26,083 nucleotides of DNA from a virus (taxonomy: Duplodnaviria; Caudoviricetes). Position 1 is the first letter of the stretch. Each line of letters opens with the position of its first letter. A program made the position numbers and the translations under genes. The notes below the pieces were generated by a model, which did not search any database, was not told the DNA's origin, and saw only the letters and a list, made by a program, of their open reading frames with translations. The stretch spans positions 1-26,083 of the IMG/VR virus record IMGVR_UViG_3300037461_000659; one strand, given 5' to 3'. This document shows, one piece after another, positions 15,969 through 23,586 of the stretch.

Positions 15969-17375
15969 GTGGTGCGAATTAAACAAAGTTTTGATTTTTT
16001 GTTAGACAAGAACAAGCCGCTCTTGCCGCAACTGCGCAAGGTCAAACGGGCTTGCTTCAGACCGTACTGCTCCGACCTTCAACTTATCAAGCACGAGTGC
16101 GAGATTTGTTCAGTCGAAGGGCGGTTTAACAAGTGTGATTTTTTTGAGGCAATAAGTTTAGATTATTTTTCCGAGAAACTCAAAGAGATTCAAGCAAACG
16201 AAACAATTAAACCGCCGAAGAAATTCCACCCCGATTCCGAACGCCTCTGCTTCGGAAGGACACCTTTGGAAAAAATCCTGAAAGGGACTTGGGCTGTCTT
16301 TCAGCACAGGCAATCCGAGCCTACTTGGGTAGGCAGTCGGGAGCATCAAGAGTGGAACAGGGAACACAAGGAAATTCAAAAGGCCTTGCCCTGCGAAAGC
16401 ACGTGCAAGATGCGCGAGTGGTGTTCTTTCTACAACAACGGAGTGAACGTGCAACTCTGCCACACCGACATCACGGGCTACGATGAAGACGGCATCACCT
16501 ACGAGCCGTACTCCGAAAAGTACGACAAGGGAATCCGTGTGGGTTCGTACCTGTACAAGCACTTCGTCAAGCACTCTGTCGTGAAGGAACTGCCGCCCAT
16601 CAAGAACGATGGGAGCAAGAAGAAATTGGACGAGTGGCAGTACAAAATCTACGAGAAAGTGTACAACAAAACCCACGTCAAGCCAAAAATAAAACTGAGT
16701 GTGATAAAATACGTGTTGGATGTCCTTGCGACCCAAGAGGACGCAGGGGGACTGCTCCTGACCTACCTGATAGGCAGAGCGGTAACGTTCAACCGAGAAA
16801 AGATGAGCGAGTACGACAACCTGAGAATTTGGTTCGACAAGCACCTAGCAACGCTGAAACAGATGGAACTAGTCGGCACTTTGGAACAGACCACCGAACT
16901 ACAAAAGGTCAGGGAGTTGGCTCAGAAGAATCAGGCAGTCCTGAGCGAGACTTCATGGAAGGTTGTCGAAGTCAACCTAACGTACCTCTTGGAGTACATC
17001 AAGCAGAGGAAGTTGGAACTGTTCGACCCCTTCTACGAGTACTACCTGTCGTTGGAGAGGAACCCGTCCCGTGCGGACATCGAAGAGCGGTTCAAAATCA
17101 AACAACGGGAACAGGTCGCAGTCGAACGCCGATTGGGAATCCGCAAGGACTTCCGCAACAAAGGCGCGGCGCAACTGTCGAACCTCTACCTAGTCAACCC
17201 CTACGCAGTAGGTGCGATTTTCAGGTTCCTGAGTTTGGCAGAGACAGAAAAGAAATTGGAAAAAGTAAGAAAGATAAACAAAGAAAACGTACTGAGGAAA
17301 AATTCTAAAAAAATAAATACTAGTAAGCAATTAGGAAAATTCGCAGAATTACACAAAAAACTAACAAGTAATTAA
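15969..17375 (+). CDS. Cys-rich protein with a C-terminal winged-helix (replication-initiator-like) motif
   Basis: N-terminal Cys clusters (CFRPYC, CEIC, CESTC..C); PSRADIEERF...RRLGIRKDFRNKGAAQLSNLYLV resembles the HTH plus G-x-x-Q-x-SN-x-Y wing of phage/plasmid initiators. Confidence 0.5.
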   Translation: MVRIKQSFDFLLDKNKPLLPQLRKVKRACFRPYCSDLQLIKHECEICSVEGRFNKCDFFEAISLDYFSEKLKEIQANETIKPPKKFHPDSERLCFGRTPLEKILKGTWAVFQHRQSEPTWVGSREHQEWNREHKEIQKALPCESTCKMREWCSFYNNGVNVQLCHTDITGYDEDGITYEPYSEKYDKGIRVGSYLYKHFVKHSVVKELPPIKNDGSKKKLDEWQYKIYEKVYNKTHVKPKIKLSVIKYVLDVLATQEDAGGLLLTYLIGRAVTFNREKMSEYDNLRIWFDKHLATLKQMELVGTLEQTTELQKVRELAQKNQAVLSETSWKVVEVNLTYLLEYIKQRKLELFDPFYEYYLSLERNPSRADIEERFKIKQREQVAVERRLGIRKDFRNKGAAQLSNLYLVNPYAVGAIFRFLSLAETEKKLEKVRKINKENVLRKNSKKINTSKQLGKFAELHKKLTSN

Positions 17376-17800
17376 AGCCCGAAAAGACACACCGAAGGAG
17401 TGAGGAACTAAGCAAGCCTACTCAGGCGTGTCAATTTGGCGAAAGGAGCAGTCGGTTTGTCAGGTTGGTGAATCGAAGCCCCTGTGGATTGTTTTTGCGT
17501 CCACGAACACGAGAAACGCCTTATTTTTGGCCCGTTACCCTAATTGTTGAAGTCTGCTTGTTGATTCCTAACTCCTTTTGACTTGTTGTAAGTTTTAGAA
17601 AAATTTTTAAAAGGGGTTCTAACGAGTCAGCCGTTCAGCGGCTCCGAAAAGAAAGAAAAAGAAATGGGAAGTTAGAAGTCTACCTTCCTTCGGAAAGTTC
17701 GAACCCCGCTTCCCGCCTTCGGCGGTCTCGCCTTCGGCTCGACTTTTTCTTTTTTAGATTTAAGTGGGGTTTCTAACGGGTTTCGAGTTGTGGCTAATTA
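17376..17800. other. Structured non-coding region (candidate replication origin and/or ncRNA)
   Basis: Largest intergenic gap in the window; long imperfect inverted repeat 17395-17417/17556-17577; four GAA/TTC triloop hairpins; three TTCTAAC copies; AT-rich tract. Confidence 0.55.
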
Positions 17801-17845
17801 AATATTCACTAATTCGTTACGAGATGTGGTAGAATTAAGGTAGGA

Positions 17846-18274
17846 GTGAAAATGAAGAACTTTTGGAACGAGATTTTGTTTTTGTCGGGAATTTTGACCG
17901 TGTTCGTCTGTGCCGCCCTGAACGTATCTTTGGGGTGGACGCTCCTGTACGTAACTGCCGTCCTGATGTTGCCCATTGGTCATCGGGATTTTAAGGCGAT
18001 TGAAGAAGAGTGCGGAAGCGAAGGCCTGATAAAAAGATTTTGGGCGTGGCTCAGTTTTAAAAGGTTTTGGGCTTGGTTCCGAAAGACCTACGATTGGCGG
18101 GACATTCGTGATTTTATGATAATGCCCGTTGTCCTAGCGATTGCGGCGGCTACCTGTGAATTTTATTTCAAATTAAGTGAAAGAACGGTGATGATAGGAA
18201 TAGCGGTGATTGCGGTTCCTGTTATTTTTGTTCACGAGTGGAAGGACTACAAGAAGCACTTTCCGAAAAAGTAA
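17846..18274 (+). CDS. Membrane protein, about 4 hydrophobic segments (start may be ATG 17852)
   Basis: Extended -10 TGTGG-TAGAAT at 17825-17835; RBS AGGAG; duplicated KRFWAW motif. Confidence 0.7.
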   Translation: MKMKNFWNEILFLSGILTVFVCAALNVSLGWTLLYVTAVLMLPIGHRDFKAIEEECGSEGLIKRFWAWLSFKRFWAWFRKTYDWRDIRDFMIMPVVLAIAAATCEFYFKLSERTVMIGIAVIAVPVIFVHEWKDYKKHFPKK

Positions 18275-18281
18275 GAAGGGC

Positions 18282-18310
18282 TTGACAACCCTATCAAATT
18301 GTGATATAGT
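18282..18310 (+). promoter_or_regulatory. Sigma70 early promoter TTGACA-N17-TATAGT with TG extension
   Basis: Near-consensus; ATG 6 nt after the -10 box. Confidence 0.85.
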
Positions 18311-18316
18311 CTAGGT

Positions 18317-18475
18317 ATGGGTATTTTGAAATGGTTTTGCGCCTTTTTTGGCGTATTTTTCGGCTCAATCGGGCTGATTTTCCTCTTTTCCAAGTATTTT
18401 TTAATCGCTTTTGCCTTCATTTTGGGGTCTTTAGGCTTTACGACAGCCTTTTTCGGCCTAAAAAAATTGCAGTAA
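18317..18475 (+). CDS. 52-aa Phe-rich two-helix membrane peptide, not in the ORF track
   Basis: MGILKWFCAFFGVFFGSIGLIFLFSKYFLIAFAFILGSLGFTTAFFGLKKLQ; lies between two promoters. Confidence 0.65.
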   Translation: MGILKWFCAFFGVFFGSIGLIFLFSKYFLIAFAFILGSLGFTTAFFGLKKLQ

Positions 18476-18489
18476 AATCTTCCTAGGAC

Positions 18490-18518
18490 TTGACAAGCCC
18501 CTCAAAATGTGGTAATAT
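18490..18518 (+). promoter_or_regulatory. Sigma70 early promoter TTGACA-N17-TAATAT with TG extension
   Basis: Near-consensus; ATG 18525 lies 6 nt after the -10 box; no Shine-Dalgarno. Confidence 0.85.
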
Positions 18519-18524
18519 ATTAGT

Positions 18525-19862
18525 ATGATAAAAGTTAAGTTTATGCGTTATACGGCGAACGGGGCTGACGAGACCACGATTGAGGTTCCGAGTGGGAACA
18601 CTTGGATGAAGGACGGCTACAGCACGTTTCCTCTGACAAAGAGGCATCGTGTGTGGGCTGACAAGGCCAACAAGTTTAACTTTGGCAATCACGTCATCGG
18701 CCTGATGTTGAATGACGATGACTTTGTGCGGTCTTACGTGCCGACTTGGGCTTTGAAAAGCCTGAGAAAGTACACGAGCAACCTGTACGTTTTCTTCTAC
18801 AACGGCGAGGGCGGCGAAGAAACCCCCGAACCGAAGGAGCCGACTGCCAAGACCAAGAGGGCGAAGAAGGCCAAGAAGGAGCGCAAGCCCCGTGAGAAGA
18901 AGGTCAATCCCGAAAAGGAAAAGAAAATGACCTTCAAAGCCCTGCGCAACAAACTGAACGGCAAAATCAAACTGACCAAGGCTCTCCATCATTGGACTGA
19001 CCCTGCGAAGTTGGAGTACTACGGCAGTTCCCGTCAGAACGAAAAGGATAATTTCGAAAAGGTTGTCCTGAACATCTTCAAGTCTTACAAGACCTATTTC
19101 GAAGAATTACTGACTCTTAGGAATATCCCTTTCTACATCGCCGCCGAGAACTACGAAGTCCACGACAACAACGGGAGCGGAGACCTGACGATTGAGTACG
19201 TCCTTGTCAACAACACCGAGAACGTGCCTGTCCCCACGCTGAACAAGCAGGATTGGAAGAAAATCACCTTAGCGTGGATGACGAGTACCAAAGTGCTAGA
19301 CAGGGAAAGCCGCTGGAACAGGCACTACGAGAAGAACCTTTGCATCAAGAAAATCGGCCTTGCTAACGGCGAGGGACGTCTTCGCAAGAGCGATGTCAAA
19401 TCGTTCAAGTCGATGCGGGAGACCTCTTTCGCTGAAATGACTGCCAAGGCGTTAGAAGAGAACACCAACCGCTACGCTGCCAAAATCGAAGATTTCAAGG
19501 CTCTGAAAGGTCGGGCGGCGAACAACAAGGAACAGGAAAAGGAACTGAAGGATTTCATCACCGCCAACATCATCCCTCACGTTGACGTGGAGTACCTTGA
19601 CGGCAACGCCCTTGACTTTTCCGACAAGCCCTTCAGGGTTATTTTCGGCAAGGATAATTACCGCAGTATCGAATTTTTGGATATCAGCACCTCTACCGAT
19701 GATGTCGAGAACCTGACGATTAACGTGGAGTTCTTCGGCAATAAGACGGCTAGGGTTGCTACCGCTAGCGAAGCCATCGCCGTTGTCAACAAGGTTTTCG
19801 GCAACAAGGACGAGTTACAGACCGTAGTGGACGTGTTCAAGAAGGCTTGGACGGTTCGTTAA
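18525..19862 (+). CDS. 445-aa early hypothetical protein with a Lys/Glu/Pro-rich linker
   Basis: Long ORF with strong C/G-ending codon bias; own promoter; no recognisable catalytic motif. Confidence 0.8.
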   Translation: MIKVKFMRYTANGADETTIEVPSGNTWMKDGYSTFPLTKRHRVWADKANKFNFGNHVIGLMLNDDDFVRSYVPTWALKSLRKYTSNLYVFFYNGEGGEETPEPKEPTAKTKRAKKAKKERKPREKKVNPEKEKKMTFKALRNKLNGKIKLTKALHHWTDPAKLEYYGSSRQNEKDNFEKVVLNIFKSYKTYFEELLTLRNIPFYIAAENYEVHDNNGSGDLTIEYVLVNNTENVPVPTLNKQDWKKITLAWMTSTKVLDRESRWNRHYEKNLCIKKIGLANGEGRLRKSDVKSFKSMRETSFAEMTAKALEENTNRYAAKIEDFKALKGRAANNKEQEKELKDFITANIIPHVDVEYLDGNALDFSDKPFRVIFGKDNYRSIEFLDISTSTDDVENLTINVEFFGNKTARVATASEAIAVVNKVFGNKDELQTVVDVFKKAWTVR

Positions 19863-19875
19863 AAGGAGAAGAAAA

Positions 19876-20046
19876 ATGATTTCAATTTGGTTCATTCTTC
19901 CTGTGTTCGCTGCGGGATATTTCTTAGGGTGGCGCAGGGGTGAGTTCGTTGGTGCGACTGTGGCCTTCGCTAAGGCCACCGAACAGGCGAACAAGGCCAT
20001 CAGGGAGTTCAAGGCTAGGTATTTGAGCGGTGATAAAAGTGAGTAA
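19876..20046 (+). CDS. 56-aa protein with an N-terminal membrane anchor, not in the ORF track
   Basis: RBS AAGGAG; MISIWFILPVFAAGYFLGWRRG... Confidence 0.65.
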   Translation: MISIWFILPVFAAGYFLGWRRGEFVGATVAFAKATEQANKAIREFKARYLSGDKSE

Positions 20047-20245
20047 GGTTAAACGATACTTGGCTAAGAGGAAGCAGAAACTCATTGGGGACATCATCCA
20101 TTGGTTCCTGATGAGAGCGACCCTAGACGAAATGGGTATCTATTTCAAGATGATTCCGCTGTACACCAAGATGAGATTACACGAGGAATATCCCCCGTCT
20201 TGGCTCAAAGGTCAGGAACCTCTTGACAAGCGCATTTTAATGTGA
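20030..20245 (+). CDS. Hypothetical protein (start may be GTG 20039)
   Basis: Overlaps the end of the upstream small gene; 71 aa. Confidence 0.6.
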   Translation: MIKVSKVKRYLAKRKQKLIGDIIHWFLMRATLDEMGIYFKMIPLYTKMRLHEEYPPSWLKGQEPLDKRILM

Positions 20246-20251
20246 TAGGAT
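20223..20251 (+). promoter_or_regulatory. Sigma70 early promoter TTGACA-N17-TAGGAT with TG extension
   Basis: Same TTGACAA...AATGTG architecture as the promoters at 18282 and 18490. Confidence 0.8.
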
Positions 20252-20293
20252 ATAAGATGAAACTAGTATTGGTTCATTTAAAAGGAGACCAAA

Positions 20294-20638
20294 ATGGGTA
20301 AAACCCCGATAAAATTTGAGCAAGACGAGCCTGAGATTCTTGAACGGTTCTACAATAGGCTCAGGGCTACGCTGACAGAGGCGTATCACTACAAGCCCGA
20401 AGAGGCCGATTTTGAGGCCTACAGATGGATTCTACAGAACACGAGCAAGCCCCCCAAGGACTATCTAAAAGTCTTTTTCTGCGTCCCAGAGGGGGCAAGG
20501 AAGGCCATTTTGAGGCATCTAGGGTACAAATCCGAGACTGCCTTCAGAAAGTCCTTCAGCAAGCAATTAAACGTGTATCGGCAGAGCATCTTCCGCAGGG
20601 AAGAGAAAGAGGACGAGGGGGAGCGAGATGGAATTTAA
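20294..20638 (+). CDS. Hypothetical protein
   Basis: RBS AAGGAG; 114 aa. Confidence 0.75.
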   Translation: MGKTPIKFEQDEPEILERFYNRLRATLTEAYHYKPEEADFEAYRWILQNTSKPPKDYLKVFFCVPEGARKAILRHLGYKSETAFRKSFSKQLNVYRQSIFRREEKEDEGERDGI

Positions 20639-20831
20639 GACCGATAAAAGCCTAGTTTGTGAATTTTGTGGGCATCCTGTCAAGCACAGTTTTAACCCGA
20701 CAAATAAGACGATTTTCTACATTTGCTCCAATGGTGAGTGTAGTAACGGCAAGGAAGCCGAGGTAGTTGCCTACGATTCCTCTCCCGATTGGGTCTGTAT
20801 GAAATTGGGTAAAAAGATTTGGAGTGAATAA
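20628..20831 (+). CDS. Small zinc-ribbon protein
   Basis: CEFC...CSNGEC; RBS GAGGGGG. Confidence 0.7.
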   Translation: MEFKTDKSLVCEFCGHPVKHSFNPTNKTIFYICSNGECSNGKEAEVVAYDSSPDWVCMKLGKKIWSE

Positions 20832-21145
20832 TGAGGAAGTTTAAATTCAAGGATACTCAGCCGAACATCGAAAAACTGTACCGCTACGCCCTCTACAAGT
20901 TCCCTAGGCTGAGGAATCGCCTAGAGTACGATGAGTGGGGCCAGTTCGTGATGTACAGGAAGAACGAGGACACGACCATTTTCTACTACGTCCGAGCCAC
21001 CACGAGCGACCTCAATTTCAACGTGTACAAGAAACAGGTCGCTAAACTCGACAAACCGATTATCAAGGACTTCAAGCAGAGGGTTTACCCTGACGAGAAA
21101 TTGATGATTGTGTTCGACAGGATTCTGAAGCCGCTTTCGGTCTAA
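20831..21145 (+). CDS. Hypothetical protein
   Basis: TAATG coupling; RBS GGAG. Confidence 0.7.
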   Translation: MRKFKFKDTQPNIEKLYRYALYKFPRLRNRLEYDEWGQFVMYRKNEDTTIFYYVRATTSDLNFNVYKKQVAKLDKPIIKDFKQRVYPDEKLMIVFDRILKPLSV

Positions 21146-21546
21146 GAATTAAGAGCCTTTATTTTCTCTTTCTTGCTCTTCAATTGGCTTTCCAAGACCT
21201 TCAACTCTTCCTCAGCCTGAGCAACTTGGGTCTGTTTGTCCGAGAGCAAAGCCTTCACAAAGATGAGTAGGCGTTGACCCGCAATCTTGCCACCACCCGA
21301 TAACCCGACAATCACAATCCACGCCCCCAAGAACTCCCAAAGAGGTTCCTTCAGTTCACCCAAAAGATTAAAGTGAATTAGGACAGGCAAAGAGGCTAGG
21401 CCGAAAATAAGAGAAAGTAAAAACCCGTTCGGGATGTAGAGTTTGACTTTCGGATTCTTGATGACGTTATCCTTCAACCACCGCATAAACGTGGTGAAAG
21501 CCATTGTAAACAACGTTGCGATAATTACGCCTTCTGAAAGTATCAT
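21142..21546 (-). CDS. Holin-like membrane protein (3 hydrophobic segments, charged coiled-coil C-terminus)
   Basis: Start reassigned to ATG 21546 after AAGGCGGTG; YIP..LL.LIFG and GLSGGG motifs; last gene of a late operon. Confidence 0.5.
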   Translation of the reverse strand: MILSEGVIIATLFTMAFTTFMRWLKDNVIKNPKVKLYIPNGFLLSLIFGLASLPVLIHFNLLGELKEPLWEFLGAWIVIVGLSGGGKIAGQRLLIFVKALLSDKQTQVAQAEEELKVLESQLKSKKEKIKALNS

Positions 21547-21557
21547 TTTACACCGCC

Positions 21558-22343
21558 TTATGCCAATTGCTGAATGACTAGTGTTGCTCCCATATCTGCT
21601 GATGCTATGCCACGCCACCAAACACAAACATCGTAGGTCAAGTCTCCTGAATAACTCTCACCTGTTTCAAGAATGATTCCCCTGTTTCGGCCAGGGTTAT
21701 TGGTGCTGTATTGATAGAATGTCGGTGGATGAAAACTGCGATTGTTCTCGTAAGGAAGCGTTAGGTTCCTGATGAGCATTTCCTTGATTTGTTCCGCACC
21801 CGTATACGGCAAGACCTGAGTTGCAATATCGAAGGTGTAGACGTTACCACCCACAAACGTTACGTCCGTAAGAACTGCATTGAGATAGGAGTGGTCGGAA
21901 ATATTCATGTCCTGCGGACCGAAGGGCATCATCTCTAGGTACATATGATTTGGGGTTGCCCCTGTGGTCGGAGTAAATGCACCACCCGTATTGAGGGTGA
22001 AAAGCCCTGTAACCGTATCGTAGCCCAATCCATAGGCAGTTGCGGCGGCAATTGCGGCTGTTCCACAACCTATCGATTTGAACTTGTTGATAACGTAGGC
22101 GTTGAAGAAGATTTCGATTTGGCAATCAGTCGTATTGTCATTACCAATGCCCTGATTCTTCAGGTAAATGGACTCACGCCACGGTAGGATTTGCTCCCAT
22201 CCAGGGTTTGCCACGTTACTTTCATCATAAAGTCCCGTTGCCCGACAAGCCATTGACCCAAAGTTTAAAGTAGTCCAGGCCATATCCGTAATCGTGATGT
22301 TCTGAAGATACTGCCTTTCGAAGTATCTAAATTTTTCTACCAT
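21558..22343 (-). CDS. Late, probably virion structural protein
   Basis: AATAAATA box and RBS AGGAG upstream; T/N/G-rich beta composition. Confidence 0.65.
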   Translation of the reverse strand: MVEKFRYFERQYLQNITITDMAWTTLNFGSMACRATGLYDESNVANPGWEQILPWRESIYLKNQGIGNDNTTDCQIEIFFNAYVINKFKSIGCGTAAIAAATAYGLGYDTVTGLFTLNTGGAFTPTTGATPNHMYLEMMPFGPQDMNISDHSYLNAVLTDVTFVGGNVYTFDIATQVLPYTGAEQIKEMLIRNLTLPYENNRSFHPPTFYQYSTNNPGRNRGIILETGESYSGDLTYDVCVWWRGIASADMGATLVIQQLA

Positions 22344-22355
22344 TTTGTTCTCCTG

Positions 22356-22363
22356 TATTTATT
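22356..22363 (-). promoter_or_regulatory. T4-type late promoter-like box (AATAAATA)
   Basis: Directly upstream of AGGAG and ATG 22343. Confidence 0.55.
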
Positions 22364-22369
22364 TATTGT

Positions 22370-22597
22370 TTAGGGTGGTATTTGATAATATATCCAACCC
22401 CTTTCCAAAAGATATTGAACCAACAGATTGAATTTTTCAACAACATCTTCTTCTGTTGCGTCAGCAATATATGGAATTGGAATGAAAACCCCTGACCGCC
22501 CTGAATATCCTGATAACCCAGGCGCATCAACATTTGGTTGTCCTGAATATCCTTGACTACCACACCTAGAATAAATAATTGATTGATTAATTGCCAT
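22370..22597 (-). CDS. Small GYSG-containing protein with a head-fibre-like C-terminal helix
   Basis: QGYSG..SGYSGRSG, then DATEEDVVEKFNLLVQYLLERGWI; probable start ATG 22597 (the track uses 22627). Confidence 0.6.
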   Translation of the reverse strand: MAINQSIIYSRCGSQGYSGQPNVDAPGLSGYSGRSGVFIPIPYIADATEEDVVEKFNLLVQYLLERGWIYYQIPP

Positions 22598-22602
22598 AAT
22601 TA

Positions 22603-22887
22603 TTAACTTGGAATATGGAGAATACATGGACCCAATATTATATTATCACTAGCATTATGTACTCCACAAATGGGAGGTTGCATAATTCTAGAATCCTGTA
22701 GAGCATCTTCCAAATCAAGAAAATTGGAATCAATATTTTCAGATGTTGTTGATTCAAAAGGAATATGACCATCCCCAATATAATCAACCCATATAAATGA
22801 CTCTCCTGATTTTCCTGAATAACCTTCTTCCCCTATTCCCGAATACCCGCTTTCTCCTACTTCGGGAGGTTTAGTATTTATTATCAT
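22603..22887 (-). CDS. Small GYSG-containing protein with a degenerate head-fibre-like helix
   Basis: ATGA overlap start at 22887 with GGAGG; GESGYSG..GYSGKSG; IDSNFLDLEDALQDSRIM. Confidence 0.6.
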   Translation of the reverse strand: MIINTKPPEVGESGYSGIGEEGYSGKSGESFIWVDYIGDGHIPFESTTSENIDSNFLDLEDALQDSRIMQPPICGVHNASDNIILGPCILHIPS

Positions 22888-23513
22888 TCCCCTTCCTCCA
22901 TCCATCCTTTTTCTCTAAGTTCATCTAATAATGTATTGAAATCAGCAACCAATATTTCAGGATGTGTATGATGGACTTGCTCACAATATTCAGGGGCGTT
23001 TCCTGCGGCTACTCCGCTGTACCCTGATTCCCCTTGTGGAGCCTCTTCATATGATTTCAAACTCATACTGAGTATTTCAAATGAACCACCACTATCGCCA
23101 TTCTCTACATAGATATATAATGTTGCATCGTCAGAATTTGCTGTAAAAAGAACACTACTACGACCATTCACAATTTGCAAATCTGCTAATTTTTCATAAT
23201 TGGCATCATCTATTTCTGCGTGTAAATTCTCTACATTAGAAACATTTTGGAGAACCCATTCAAATCTATATTGTTGTCCATCTGTATATGGGCTAAGAAA
23301 ATCTGTTTTATTTTGTGATACTTCTCCCCATCCGTTAGAATCTGTATAAACCAATTTATTATCAACAAAAGAAAAATCACAATCAGGAGTAATCACCCAA
23401 AGGTCATATGCGGGAGTAAATGTTGATTGAGCAAATACTTCATTTCCAATTGCTACAGGATTGGCTCCCGAATAACCTCTTCTTCCCCTTCCTTTGAAAT
23501 TGTATACAGGCAT
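22884..23513 (-). CDS. GYSG-containing protein with a central acidic beta-domain and head-fibre-like C-terminal helix
   Basis: RBS GAGGAG; RGYSG and GESGYSG flank the domain; LVADFNTLLDELREKGWM. Confidence 0.7.
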   Translation of the reverse strand: MPVYNFKGRGRRGYSGANPVAIGNEVFAQSTFTPAYDLWVITPDCDFSFVDNKLVYTDSNGWGEVSQNKTDFLSPYTDGQQYRFEWVLQNVSNVENLHAEIDDANYEKLADLQIVNGRSSVLFTANSDDATLYIYVENGDSGGSFEILSMSLKSYEEAPQGESGYSGVAAGNAPEYCEQVHHTHPEILVADFNTLLDELREKGWMEEGE

Positions 23514-23530
23514 CCCTATCTCCTCATGTC

Positions 23531-23564
23531 TATTTATCTTTTTTATAACGCTGTATGATATAAT
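23531..23564. promoter_or_regulatory. Divergent promoters: leftward late box GATAAATA (23531-23538, minus) and rightward extended -10 TATGA-TATAAT (23554-23564, plus)
   Basis: Both lie in the 73-nt gap between divergent genes. Confidence 0.65.
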
Positions 23565-23586
23565 TTAGTTGTAAGGAAATACCAAA

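Noticed and set aside
16158-17308. Long overlapping ORFs (228 aa minus, 224 aa plus) within the 468-aa gene
   Set aside because: Explained by C/G-ending codon bias of the main frame; no convincing start signals or protein motifs
15969-17375. TnpB/IscB/retron-type effector with adjacent RNA
   Set aside because: No RuvC, HNH or YxDD reverse-transcriptase motifs recognisable
17690-17712. tRNA T-loop-like GTTCGAACCC
   Set aside because: No 5-bp T-stem, and no acceptor or anticodon arms can be formed
17713-17756. T4-type C(UUCG)G intrinsic terminator
   Set aside because: Stems pair in a 3-nt-loop register rather than the UUCG register, and the stem nearest the T-run is only 3 bp and separated from it. 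Weak termination remains possible
20257-20301. 14-codon leaderless uORF after the 20223 promoter
   Set aside because: Too short to support; the downstream gene has its own good RBS
22370-23513. One frameshifted or pseudogenised fibre gene
   Set aside because: The second ORF has its own GGAGG and ATGA-coupled start, and each ORF repeats the same complete module
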